A DNA stretch of 63,352 bases, filler included, from Chiloscyllium plagiosum (Eukaryota), in NCBI RefSeq assembly GCF_004010195.1. It is 5 parts of 2 records of this genome, joined end to end, with 100 filler letters (N's around TTAATTAATTAA, not from the genome) between each part and the next. Parts side by side here need not be neighbours in the genome. Positions count along the whole stretch, not along the records: positions 27,396 to 40,601 come from NC_057712.1; positions 40,702 to 56,959 come from NC_057712.1; 3 more parts are not named here. The stretch is one strand, 5' to 3'. Positions 37,256 through 47,085 of this stretch are shown one piece after another. Every line of letters begins with the position of its first letter. Position 1 is the first letter of the stretch. The translations under genes were made by a program, and so were the position numbers. The notes beneath the pieces are model-generated. The model saw only the letters and a program-made list of their open reading frames with translations, searched no databases and was not told where the DNA came from.

Positions 37256-38822
37256 ATAGAACATAGAACAATAGTTCGCAGTACAGGCCCTTTGGCCCTC
37301 AATATTGCACTGACCTGTGAAATCGATCTGAAGCCCATCTAACCTATACATTTCCATTATGATCCATATATTTAGATTAGATTAGATTCGATTCCCCACA
37401 GTGTGGAAACAGGCCCTTTGGCCCAACCAGTCCACACTGACCCTCTGAAGAGGAACCCAACCAGACCCATTTCCCTCCGACTAATGCACCTAACACTGCA
37501 GGCAATTTAGCATGTCCAATTCACCTAACCCACATATCTTTGGACTGTGGGAGGAAACTGGAGCACCCGGAGGAAACCCACGCAGACACAGGGAGAATGT
37601 GCAAACTCCACACAGACAGTCACCTGAGGCTGGAATCGAACCTGGGACCCTGGTGCTGTGAGGCAGCAATGCTAACCACTGAACCACCGTGCCACCCAAT
37701 TTATCTAATGACCATTTAAATGCCATTAAATTTGGTGAGTCTACTACTGTTGCAGCAGGGCATTCCCTACTACTACTACTACTCTCTGAGTAAAGGACCT
37801 ACCTCTGACATCTGTCCTATATTTATTACCCCTCAATTTAAAGCTATGCCCCCTTGTGCTAGCCATCACCATCCAAGGAAATAGGCTCTCACTGTCCACC
37901 CTATTTAATCCTCTGATCATCTTGTACGTCTCTATTAAGTCACTTCTTAACCTTCTTCTCTCTAACGAAAACAGCCTCAAGTCCCTCAGCCTTTCCTCAT
38001 AAAATCTTCCCTCCATACCAGGAAACATCCGAGTAAATCTCCTCTGCAACCCCTTCCAATGCTTCTACATCCTTCATATAATGCAGTGACCAGACCTGTA
38101 CACAATACTCCAAGTGCAGCCACACCAACTTTGTACAGCTGCATCATGGCTCCGAACCCAATCCCTCTACCAATAAAAGCTAACACGCTGTATGCCTTCT
38201 TAACAACCCGAGTCTCTCCTTACAGTTCAAACCTTCCAACCCTGGCAAAATCCTTGTAAATCTTTTCTGAACCCTTTCAAACTTCACAACATCCTTCCTA
38301 TAGCAGGAAAACCAGAATTGTGTTCCAAGAGTGGCCTAAACAGGGGGATTGAGTTTAAGAGACATGAGGTTATGCTGCAGCTCTTTCAAGCCCTGGTTAG
38401 ACCATACTTGGAATACTGTGTTCAGTTCTGGTCGCCTCATTATAGGAAGGATGTGGACGCTTTAGAGAGGGTGCAGAGGAGATTTAGCAGGATGCTGCCT
38501 GGACTGGAGGGCATGTCTTATGAAGAAATGTTGAGGGAGTTAGGAGTTTTCTTACTGAAGCAAAGAAGGATGAGAGGTGACTTGATACAGATGTTCAAGA
38601 TAATGAGGCATAGATAGAGTTGATAGCCAGAGACTTTTCCCCATGGCAGAAATATCTGTCACAAGTACAGTGAGATACATTAGGGACATTTACGTGACTC
38701 TTGGATAGGCACATGGACGATAGTACAATGAAGGGTATGTAGGTTAGTCTGATCTTAGAGTAGGACAAAAGGTCAGCACAACATCAAGGGCTGAAGGGCC
38801 TGTGCTGTATTGTTCTATGTTC
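37255..38822. mobile_element. CR1 3' fragments in both orientations with a nested HE1 SINE (about 37372-37698, minus)
   Basis: RPYLEYCVQFWSPHYRKD (plus), RRLRSDLIETYKMIRG (minus), and a complete SINE. Confidence 0.88.
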
Positions 38823-38900
38823 TTTTTAAAATAACAGAAAAACTGTGAATGAATTTTTGCGATTCTTTGTAACATTCTGGACCACAACACATATACTTAC

Positions 38901-39616
38901 TGTTGTTTCCTGGCAAGTTCTTGGTCCTTCTGCACCAAATCTTGTTTCAATGTAGCCAGCATCTCGACACTCACATCGACCTGGCGTGATAACTCGGAGG
39001 CCTTTTCTTCAAGGTCTTGCTTTTCTTGACTCAACTTCACACTTTCCTGTTTGGCTTTCTCCAACTCAGAACTCTTTTTCTCAAGTTCTGTCTGAAGTTT
39101 GTCTACTCGAGCTGTGATTTTCTGCTCCACTTCCTCTGACAGCTTCTCTAGACGTTCATTTAAGTCAAGCTTCTCAAGCGCTTGAATCTTTAATCGAGCC
39201 AGGCCTTCCTCATAAACAGCATCCACTGCTGCTGCAGCTAGAGCAGCCGGAGGAGCAGCAGATGTCACTGCCTTTCTCATGAGTATATCGTTAACTGGAA
39301 CCTCAACCTCAGGGAAGTAACAGGTGGAACCAAGTGGTAAATCCTCCCCACACTGTAAGTCATACAAATATCTTTGTTCTTTACCCCTGAATGAGGTGCT
39401 TTCAAATATTTCTTTACAGGACGTAGGTATCAGAATGGACTTGTCAACTCCTGAAGACACAACACTGGCATCACAAACACTGTTGGACTTAGAAAGCACG
39501 TAAAGTGTCTCGTATGTGTGATTATATTCCAGATGGGCTCGCAACGAAGACAGACTTCGAAAACGCTTGTGTTCACCACATCTTGGACAGCGGTAGGGTA
39601 GGTCCAAAGAGGCCAT
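38901..39616 (-). CDS. FBXO41: F-box only protein 41, first coding exon (N-terminal C2H2-like zinc finger plus coiled coil)
   Basis: The translation MASLDLPYRCPRCGEHKRFRSLSSLRAHLEYNHTYETLYVLSK...YEEGLARLKIQALEKL...SELSRQVDVSVEMLATLKQDL...RKQQ matches the vertebrate FBXO41 N-terminus as I recall it. An in-frame TGA lies two codons upstream of the ATG. The exon ends in a phase-2 donor CA|GTAAGT at 38901/38900. Confidence 0.95.
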
Positions 39617-39857
39617 TCCTCAAAAAACCCCACGTGTACATTGAATGTACTGTGCATGAACAGGATGGTTTCTCATACTGATCAATTCTGCTTAACTATC
39701 TTCAAAGATAGAATACAAAGTGACAATGCAGACTGAAATTTATGTGATGTCATGGTGCAGACATTATAACTTTCCTTCAATTCAATTTGCCAGATCTTTC
39801 AGATTAACACATCTGAGTGTTATTTTATTGACGCTCAAAAGGCATTCAAATTTGTAC
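39617..39857 (-). other. FBXO41: Inferred 5'UTR part of the FBXO41 ATG-containing exon, with a NAGNAG acceptor
   Basis: The minus strand reads TTCTCTTTCTCCCAGCAG|GTACAAA: a pyrimidine tract followed by tandem CAGCAG, giving an exon start at 39857 or 39860. This implies an upstream non-coding exon, which I did not locate. Confidence 0.7.
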
Positions 39858-40098
39858 CTGCTGGGAGAAAGAGAACATCTTACATAAATACTTAAGCAGC
39901 CGTCTTGAATTAACTTTGAAGTCTCAGGTACTCAACATATAAAATTCATACCAATCACAGATTGCATCATCCATAACTGCAGTTTAAATGAGCTAGCAGA
40001 TATTAGGTCATCGTGGCTCAAACTATATTAAATTTAAATAAAAGGAATTACAATGAAATGTAGATGGAGCTGGTTAGAGTGGAGTGGGCAAATAGTTT

Positions 40099-40274
40099 GA
40101 GACAAAAATAAACTGCTGATGCTGGAATCCAAAGTAGACAAGCAGGAGGCTGGAAGATCACAGCAAGCCAGGCAGATCCAGGAGGTGGAGAAGTCAACAT
40201 TTCAGTACACTTTAAACATTGTCTTCTCCACCTGCTGATGCTGCTTGGCTTGCTGTGTTCTTCCAGCCTCCTCC
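40099..40274. mobile_element. Fold-back PLE mini-element
   Basis: Inverted arms GGAGGCTGGAAGATCACAGCAAGCCA and GGCTTGCTGTGTTCTTCCAGCCTCC. TSD core TGGGCAAATAG at 40085-40095 and 40275-40285. Confidence 0.7.
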
Positions 40275-40332
40275 TGGGCAAATAGCTTAGCAGGAATGAC
40301 AGTAAGCAAGCAGTGGTAGACATTTAAAGAGG

Positions 40333-41497
40333 TAATAGGTGCAGGACTAGGCCATTCTGCCCTTCGAGCCTGCACCGCCATTCAATATGATCATGGCTGA
40401 TCATCCTCAATCAGTATCCTGTTCCTGCCTTATCTCCATAACCCTTGATTTCACTATCCTTGAGAGCTCTATCCAACACTTTCTTAAATGAATCCAGAGA
40501 CTGGGCCTCCACTGCTCTCTGGGGCAGAGCATTCCATACAGCCACTACTCTCTGGGTGAAGAAGTTTCTCCACATCTCTGTCCTAAATGGTCTACCCCGT
40601 ANNNNNNNNNNNNNNNNNNNNNNNNNNNNNNNNNNNNNNNNNNNNTTAATTAATTAANNNNNNNNNNNNNNNNNNNNNNNNNNNNNNNNNNNNNNNNNNN
40701 NACCCTGGCACCAGGAAGGCAACACACCATCCTTAAGTCCCGTCTGCTGCCACAAAAACCCCGGTCAGTTCCTCTCACGATGGAGTCCCCTATTACCACG
40801 GCTCTGTGCGACGTCCGACTCTTCTGCTCTGCCTCCACGCCAAGCTTTGATTGACAGACCTAGCCACCTCGCGGACTGGCAGTTTTTTGCAGCAGAGAAT
40901 GGCGGGTGCTGGGCGGAAATGAAGTCGGAGCGCAAAGCCGGTCGGGAAGGTAAGTGATTGTTATTTGAGTGGGTGTGTTCTAGACCCCAGGTCCTACACA
41001 GTAGGGCCTCCCTCCCACCCTCCTCCTCTAACCTAAATTAAAAGTCCACAGACTTGCCCCAAAAAGAGGGTCCATGGAGGGTCCTGTGGAGTGAAGAGTG
41101 AGTCTTTAGCTCAGGAGTCTTTGACAAGGAGGTTGAGTGAAGTGATTACGCCACAGGTGAAGAGGGTGAAGACATGACTGCCAAGCTGGTTCAGTGTGCT
41201 ACGTGCTTGATGTGGGAGGTCAACGACTCTGGTGTGTCTGGCTCGTATATGTGTGGAAAGTGTGTGCACGTTCAGCTACTGACAGAGCATATTGCAGCAC
41301 TGACGAAAGAACTCGAGGACCTCAGGCTCATCCGAGAGAACGAGATCTTTCTGGACAAGACCTTCAGCGAGGTTATTACACCGACCATACCAGAAGAGAG
41401 CAGAAGAGAGCAGATGATGAGGAAGGCAGAGAGGAGACAGGTGCAAGAGACCCCAGGGGAAGTACCTGTCAGGAACAAGTTGAATCTGTTGGAAACA
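40333..41497 (-). mobile_element. CR1 LINE spanning a gap, with an inverted 5' segment (about 40885-41497)
   Basis: Minus strand: 3' end at 40333-40600 and ORF1 esterase RAVVIGDSIVRGTDRGFCG at 40702-40883. Plus strand: 5'UTR and ORF1 N-terminus MTAKLVQCATCLMWEV...CGKC...PVRNKLNLLET. Confidence 0.75.
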
Positions 41498-41829
41498 GGA
41501 GGAAAGATTCTAAGAGAGGAATAAACATGGAAAACTGAGGAAGTTAAGGGGAGAATTGTTGAAAGAAAAATCAGTTAAGGAGGCAGAAGTCAGCAAAAGC
41601 CTAAATACTGAGATAAATTCAGAATCCAGCAAAGGAGAATAATAAAAAGAGACAAATTGGTGAGGAATATAAACATTGACAATAAGAGTTTATTTAAATA
41701 TATGAAAAGAATGGACAGTGGTAAAAGTGTAATGATGAGGATGTGTAGATAGGACATCAAGTGAGCTAGTCACACCACAAGTAAGGACCACAAAGACAGG
41801 AAAGTTTTGGGTGGCCACCAGAAAGACAT

Positions 41830-42023
41830 GATTTGGAGGAGCTGGTGTTGGACTGGGATGTACAAAGTTAAAAATCACACAACACCAGGTTACAATCCAA
41901 CAGGTTTACTTGGAAGCACTAGCTTTCACAGCGCTGCTCTACCACCAGGATCAGCAGCATCAACCACTAGATGAAGGAGCAGCACTCTGGAAGCTAGTGC
42001 TTCCAAATAAACTGTTGGACTAT
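41830..42023. mobile_element. Family-B fold-back PLE mini-element abutting the ERV LTR
   Basis: Same layout as 36318-36481, ending in GACTAT. Confidence 0.75.
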
Positions 42024-42706
42024 TGAAGAACCAGAGGTAGGGGGGTCTCTGTGTTCCGTGATCGGTCAATAAACACTCGCAATCGATCTGGTTCTTTAAG
42101 ACTTCACCCTTTATTTCTTCATATGGCCGGGCACAGATCATCCAGAAACACAGACGTAACACACTTCCGTGTTCCTCAGAGGAGCTGTGCACATGGCTTA
42201 AAACAAAGACATTTTTATACTTTTCTTAAAGAAAGGTACAGGCCATGATCGCATAGTATATTCAAACAATTACCAATCAATATGTGATATGACTTTATTT
42301 GACAGTTACTTGGTCCAGTGATATTTCCTGGGAGCTAGCTTTATTTTCCAATACTCAGGCCTTCATTATCTCACTAATCAAGTCTTTGCACCTGCAGCTG
42401 AAGGTCAGTTAGGATGGTCAGTAATGTCTTATCCAGTCTGGTTATCCCTATGCTGGAAAGGAAGCATTATCTGCTAATCTCTATTGAAGCAGACCGTGGT
42501 TAGTCAATTGTGCAGCTATAGCAGAATTAAAAGCCATTTTATGCAGCTTTTTGCAGAATTGTCAATTTGCAACCTAGAAGCCATTTTGTCATGCTACTTG
42601 CATCAAGAAACCATTTTATTGTCACCTAAGTTATTAACAGCATATTAAGCAGTTGTTCCTGACAACCACTAGTTACCTCAGCCTGTATTCAGGTTTCAGA
42701 TCCTCA
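42024..42706 (-). mobile_element. Endogenous retrovirus 3' LTR (683 bp)
   Basis: PPT AAAGGGGGGAGA (42718-42707), start TGAGGA, end TCTTCA, TATAAAAA at 42219-42212, AATAAA at 42115-42110. Confidence 0.85.
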
Positions 42707-42761
42707 TCTCCCCCCTTTGGTTATTCCATGACCACACCATAGGATGGCAGGACTTAGATTA

Positions 42762-44120
42762 GATCAGTCCAGTTGAATGGATGCTAGAGACTGCCATACT
42801 TCCTTCTCCTCCGAGGTAGGCAACCGCTCCTCCTCATCTTCATTTGGACAGAGAAGCAGCTATTTCTGAGGGGAACCGACGTTGTCAACAGAAGTTATTA
42901 GCTTGGCAATAATACGTTTAACAATAGCAATGCCAGTGAATAGACAAATTAAAATAATACCAATACATATGGCCAGATTTATCAATCAGTTTTACCATGA
43001 GTCAAAACCCCAATCTCCCCATGCAGTGCCTTCTGTCATTGATTTACGAAGGTGCGGATGTTATCTACATGCTTGGTAATGTTCTTGATGAGGTCAGTAA
43101 CCCCCATCATACACTTGCCCTTTACTGTGGCGCAAACTCCACCCTTTTTGGTGAGTAGGTAGTCGAGGGCATATTGGTTTTGCTGGAAAAATAGACGTAA
43201 GAGCACGTCCTTAACTCCTGCTAAGGCCGAGGCCGTCTCATTGCCCAAGAGGATGAGACTGCTAATAGTTCCTGCAGATCATCCTAAGGAAAAGGTACTA
43301 AGAAATGTGTAGCCCAAGAATGGGATTTACTGTTGCCCAAAGCCTTAGCACCCCTCCAATGCGCACAGAATTCAGGTGAAACTGAATGTTTGGTAGGGAA
43401 ACCCCAACCCCATTCCCAGGTAGTTGGACAAAGAACAGTAATCGGAAAAAGTGTCCTTACTGCTCCAGTATGGGGAGTACCTACTTCATCAAGAACAAGG
43501 AAGTTGGTTGCTCTAGCTTGACTGAAAAAAAAATAACCGAGTTTAGTAGAGATAATGGAGGAGGCTTGCCAATAAGAAGCAGGCCTGTTTTTGTGACTAC
43601 CCCGGACATACGGGTAGTCCATGGCTACAAAGTATGGTCATCCTGGGCACTTACGGTGAAAGCTATTCAATAAAAAAAGTGGATCTTTCGGTAAGAGATG
43701 CGGTTATTGGCCCAGACTGGTTTCTTCCATCCCACAATTGGTAAGATGGAGGTGCCACTAGAGGTCTCATAGTGAAGGTGGGTGGCATTACCCATACCAC
43801 AAAGGGCCTGAATACCAGCAATAACATAGACACACTCCGCCAGTAGACATACGCATGAGATGTGAGGCTCCACAGAGGAGCATTTGACCAAGGTGCATGG
43901 AATAGTCCGAGTCACATTCACATAAGTGCACCCCCATCCTATACTGTCATAACAGTTGGAATAGGCTACGCTGAACGTATGAGAGGAAGTTCACAAGCAA
44001 CTAGCAGGTGGGATAAGTAACAGTCAAAAGAAACATTTTGTCCGGAAAACGCCTTCAAAATATTCCATACTCCGTTGCTGGGATTCGGGAGGGGGAAAGG
44101 GGGAAAGGAGTCCTTTGCTG
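42762..44120 (-). pseudogene. env: Endogenous retrovirus env (gamma-type TM), disrupted
   Basis: Cys-rich SU-like pieces, hydrophobic PFLGYTFLSTFSLG, heptad LGNETASALAGV, ISD QNQYALDYLLTKKGGVC followed by CATVKGKC, Trp-rich AWGDWGFDSW, TM helix LINLAICIGIILICLFTGIAIV and an acidic tail. Several stops and frameshifts. Confidence 0.88.
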
Positions 44121-44610
44121 ATGTCATAGAGTCATAGCAATGTACAGCATGGAAACAGACCCTTCGGTCCAACCTGTCCATACCGACCGGTATTCCCACC
44201 CAATCTAGTCCCACCTGCCAGTACCCGGCCCATATCCCTCCAAACCCTTCCTATTCAAATAGGAAACTGTACGCAATACTGCTGCCACATTTGCAGTATT
44301 GCGTACAGTTCTGGTCGCCGCATTATAGGAAATATGTAGAAGCTTTGGAAAGGGTGCAGAGGAGATTTACTAGGATGTTGCCTGGTATGGAGGGAAGGTC
44401 TTCTGAGGAAAGGATGAGGGACTTGAGGCTATTTTGAAGGATACAGAGACGATTAACAGGTGACTTAATAGAGGCATACAAGATGATCACAGAATTAGAT
44501 AGGGTGAACAGTGAGAGCCTTTTTCCTTGGATGGTGATGGCTAGCACGAGGGGATATAGCTTAAAATTGAGGGGTAATAAATATAGGACAGATATCAGAG
44601 GTAGGCTCTA

Positions 44611-45715
44611 TATCTGGTTTCCAGCATCTGCAGTCATTGTTTTTACTTAGTTGATTTTAACCCTACTGCGAATCCTCTTGCAAGGATGCCTGCCTTGAAG
44701 AAGTTTTCCTCCTCTCTCTACAAAACAGTTGATGGCCGCACCAGAGTTTTATACAGCTGCAGCATGACCTCATGGCTTCGAAACTCAGTCCCTCTACCAA
44801 TAAAAGCTAACACACCGTATGCCTTCTTAACAATCCTACCAACCTAGCTGTCAACTTTCAGGGATCTGTGCACATGGGCGGCACGGTGGCACAGTGGTTA
44901 GCACTGCTGCCTCACTGTGCCTGAGACCCGGTTTCAATTCGCGCCTCAGACTGTGTGGAGTTTGCACATTCTCCCCGTGTCTGCGTGGGTTTCCTCCGGG
45001 TGCTCACGTTTCCTCCAACAGTCCAAAAATGTGCAGGTTAGGTGAATTGGCCATGCTAAATTGCTCGTAGTGTTAGGTGAAGGGGTAAATGTAGGGGGGT
45101 GGGTTGCGCTTCGGCAGGTCTGTGTGGACTTGTTCGGCTGAAGGGCCTGTTTCCACACTGTAAGTAATCTAATCTAATCTCAGGGAGTCCCTCTCCCACT
45201 GCAACTCACAGGTCATTTCCTCTATGCTACTTTCTCCCCACCCCCACCCTCCTCTCACTTATCTCTCCACCCTTCAGGCTCTCTGCCTCTATTCCTGATG
45301 AAGGGCTTTTGCCTGAAACATCGATTTTCCTGCTCCTCAGATGCTGCCTGAACTGCTGTGCTTTTCCAGCACCACTCTAATCTAGAATCTAGTTTCCAGC
45401 ATCTGCAGTCAATTTTTTTACCTAGTTGATTTTAACCCTACTGCGAATCCTCTTGCAAGGATGCCTGCCTTGAAGACGTTTTCCTCCTCTCTCTACAAGA
45501 ATTTCAGGGAGTCCCTCTCCCACTGCAACTCCCAGGTCCATTTCCTCTATGCTACTTTCTCCCCACCCCCACCCTCCTCTCATTTATCTCTCCACCCTTC
45601 AGGCACTCTGCCTCTATTCCTGATGAAGGGCTTTTGCCCGAAACGTTGATTTTCCTGCTCCTCGAATGCTGCCTGAACTGCTGTGCTTTTCCAGCACCAC
45701 TCTAATCCAGAATCT
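44611..45715 (+). repeat. Head-to-tail dimer of a ~325-bp hammerhead-containing PLE-derived monomer
   Basis: Hammerhead cores start at 45295 and 45620, 325 bp apart. The first monomer is interrupted at about 44723-45177. Confidence 0.85.
45616..45651 (+). ncRNA. Minimal hammerhead ribozyme motif (family A), intact core
   Basis: ATTC-CTGATGA-A-GGGC-TTTT-GCCC-GAAA-CG-TT-GATT, GUU triplet. Confidence 0.68.
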
Positions 45716-45976
45716 GTCCTCAGAGAGTGGTAAGGGCATTGTATGCCCTGTCTGCAACAGTAGTGGATTTGCCTACATTATGGGCATTTAAATGGTCATT
45801 GGATAAACATATGGTTGATAATGGAATAGTGTAAGTTAGATGGACTTCAGATTGGTTTCACAGGTCAGCAACATCAAAGACCAAAGGGCCAGTATTATCC
45901 TGATATGTTTTAAGTGTTTTTGAAAAACTTACCTTGGAGCAGCAACGCAGAATGGGCTGGAGATATGGAGCGGAGC

Positions 45977-46300
45977 GGGCTGGAGGCCCGAGCAGAGCAG
46001 AGACAGCGAATAAGCTGGAGGTCCGAGCAGAGTAGAGCCCGTCAGTGGGCTGGAGGGTCGAGCAGAGTGGAGACAGTGAGTGGGCTGGAGGCCTGAGCAG
46101 AGTGGAGACAGTGAGTGGGCTGGAGGCCTGAGCAGAGTGGAGACCGCGTGCAGGCTGTAGGCCTGAGCAGAGTGGAGACCGCGTGCAGGCTGTAGGCCTG
46201 AGCAGAGTGGAGACTATCAACGGGCTGGAGGCTCGAGCAGAGTGGAGACCGTCAACGGGCTGGAGGCCCGAGCAGAGTGGAGACACCAAGTGGGCTGGAG
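45977..46300. repeat. 35-bp minisatellite (about 9 copies) in a CR1 5'UTR
   Basis: GGGCTGGAGGCCYGAGCAGAGTGGAGAC plus 7 variable nt, repeating every 35 bp from 45977 to 46292. Confidence 0.9.
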
Positions 46301-46333
46301 AACCAAAAAGAAAAGTTTCTGTGTGCTGGATTG

Positions 46334-47085
46334 TGTTGGGGAGATTTCACTGCGGTGTTTAATGTAGGGCTAGGGAGGGTGACACTTCCAGCCCTGAAAT
46401 GGTTAACAACAGCCAAGCGAGCTGCTGCAGGCGATTGCATGACTGCTGGAGCTTGTAAGGGATATCCATAATGTTAATTAAATCTTGGAGCCTGTAAATA
46501 CCAGCCAGTATCAATTGCCCCATCGAAACTCGGGATTAATAAAGAAACTGATCGGAATCTGTAACTGTTAGACAAGTGTGAATTGCTCTATCGGAACCTG
46601 TAACTAGTGAGTGTGAATGGCTCTATTTAAGTCTAAAGTTGATAAGTGTAATTGACAATTTAGTTAAACTAAAACTATTGAAAATGGCTAGCCTGTCAGA
46701 CGCATAGTAATTCCTTGACTCAATGGACTATTGAATACGGGATCGGAACCGCTCCCAGGGATGGCTGAGCCATTGTCAAGCACAGCAGGAGCTGGACAGG
46801 CACTTCGATGCGGCCAATAGGAGGACGGATCCCCAGTGCGCGCAGATGAATGGACCAATGGGGAAGGCGAACTGACCGGGGACTCCAGGCAGCGCGAAGT
46901 ATAATTGTGTCAACTTTGAACGGGAAGGCAGAACGCCTTCTCCAACGAATGCATGCCTGTAGATTCGTTGTATCAGTTAAGATTCTGTGAATAAACTGCT
47001 GTCTGCGTCTAATCATAGTTGCCAGTGTGAGTCTCTCCTTCCAAAAGAACACGCAAAGACGGGACCCTCCGGGTCCGTCTTAACA
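46334..47085 (+). mobile_element. Solo LTR (752 bp), ERV-like
   Basis: TGTT...AACA termini. 4-bp TSD ATTG at 46330-46333 and 47086-47089 splits the CR1 5'UTR motif GGATTGGTAAGG. Two CCAAT boxes (about 46814 and 46856), TATAATT at about 46900, AATAAA at 46990-46995. Confidence 0.9.

Larger units (their letters stand above)
44123..45910. mobile_element. CR1 3' fragments hosting a tandem PLE-derived repeat and an HE1 SINE (44876-45180, plus)
   Basis: A CR1 tail on minus (44123-44260). A plus-strand CR1 at 44283-44608 resumes at about 45716. Complete SINE with a TCTAA tail. Confidence 0.82.

Noticed and set aside
38897..39616. ZNF365 as the gene identity, and treating the ORF as a complete 239-aa gene
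   Set aside because: ZNF365 shares the RCPRCG...RFRSLSSLRAHLE motif, but MASLDLPY, TYETLY and YEEGLARLK fit FBXO41. The ORF's stop lies inside the GTAAGT donor.
45977..46300. CRISPR-like look (constant repeat plus variable part), also at 19480-19690
   Set aside because: The variable parts are only about 7 nt or absent and are related to each other. There are no cas genes and the context is eukaryotic. These are minisatellites.
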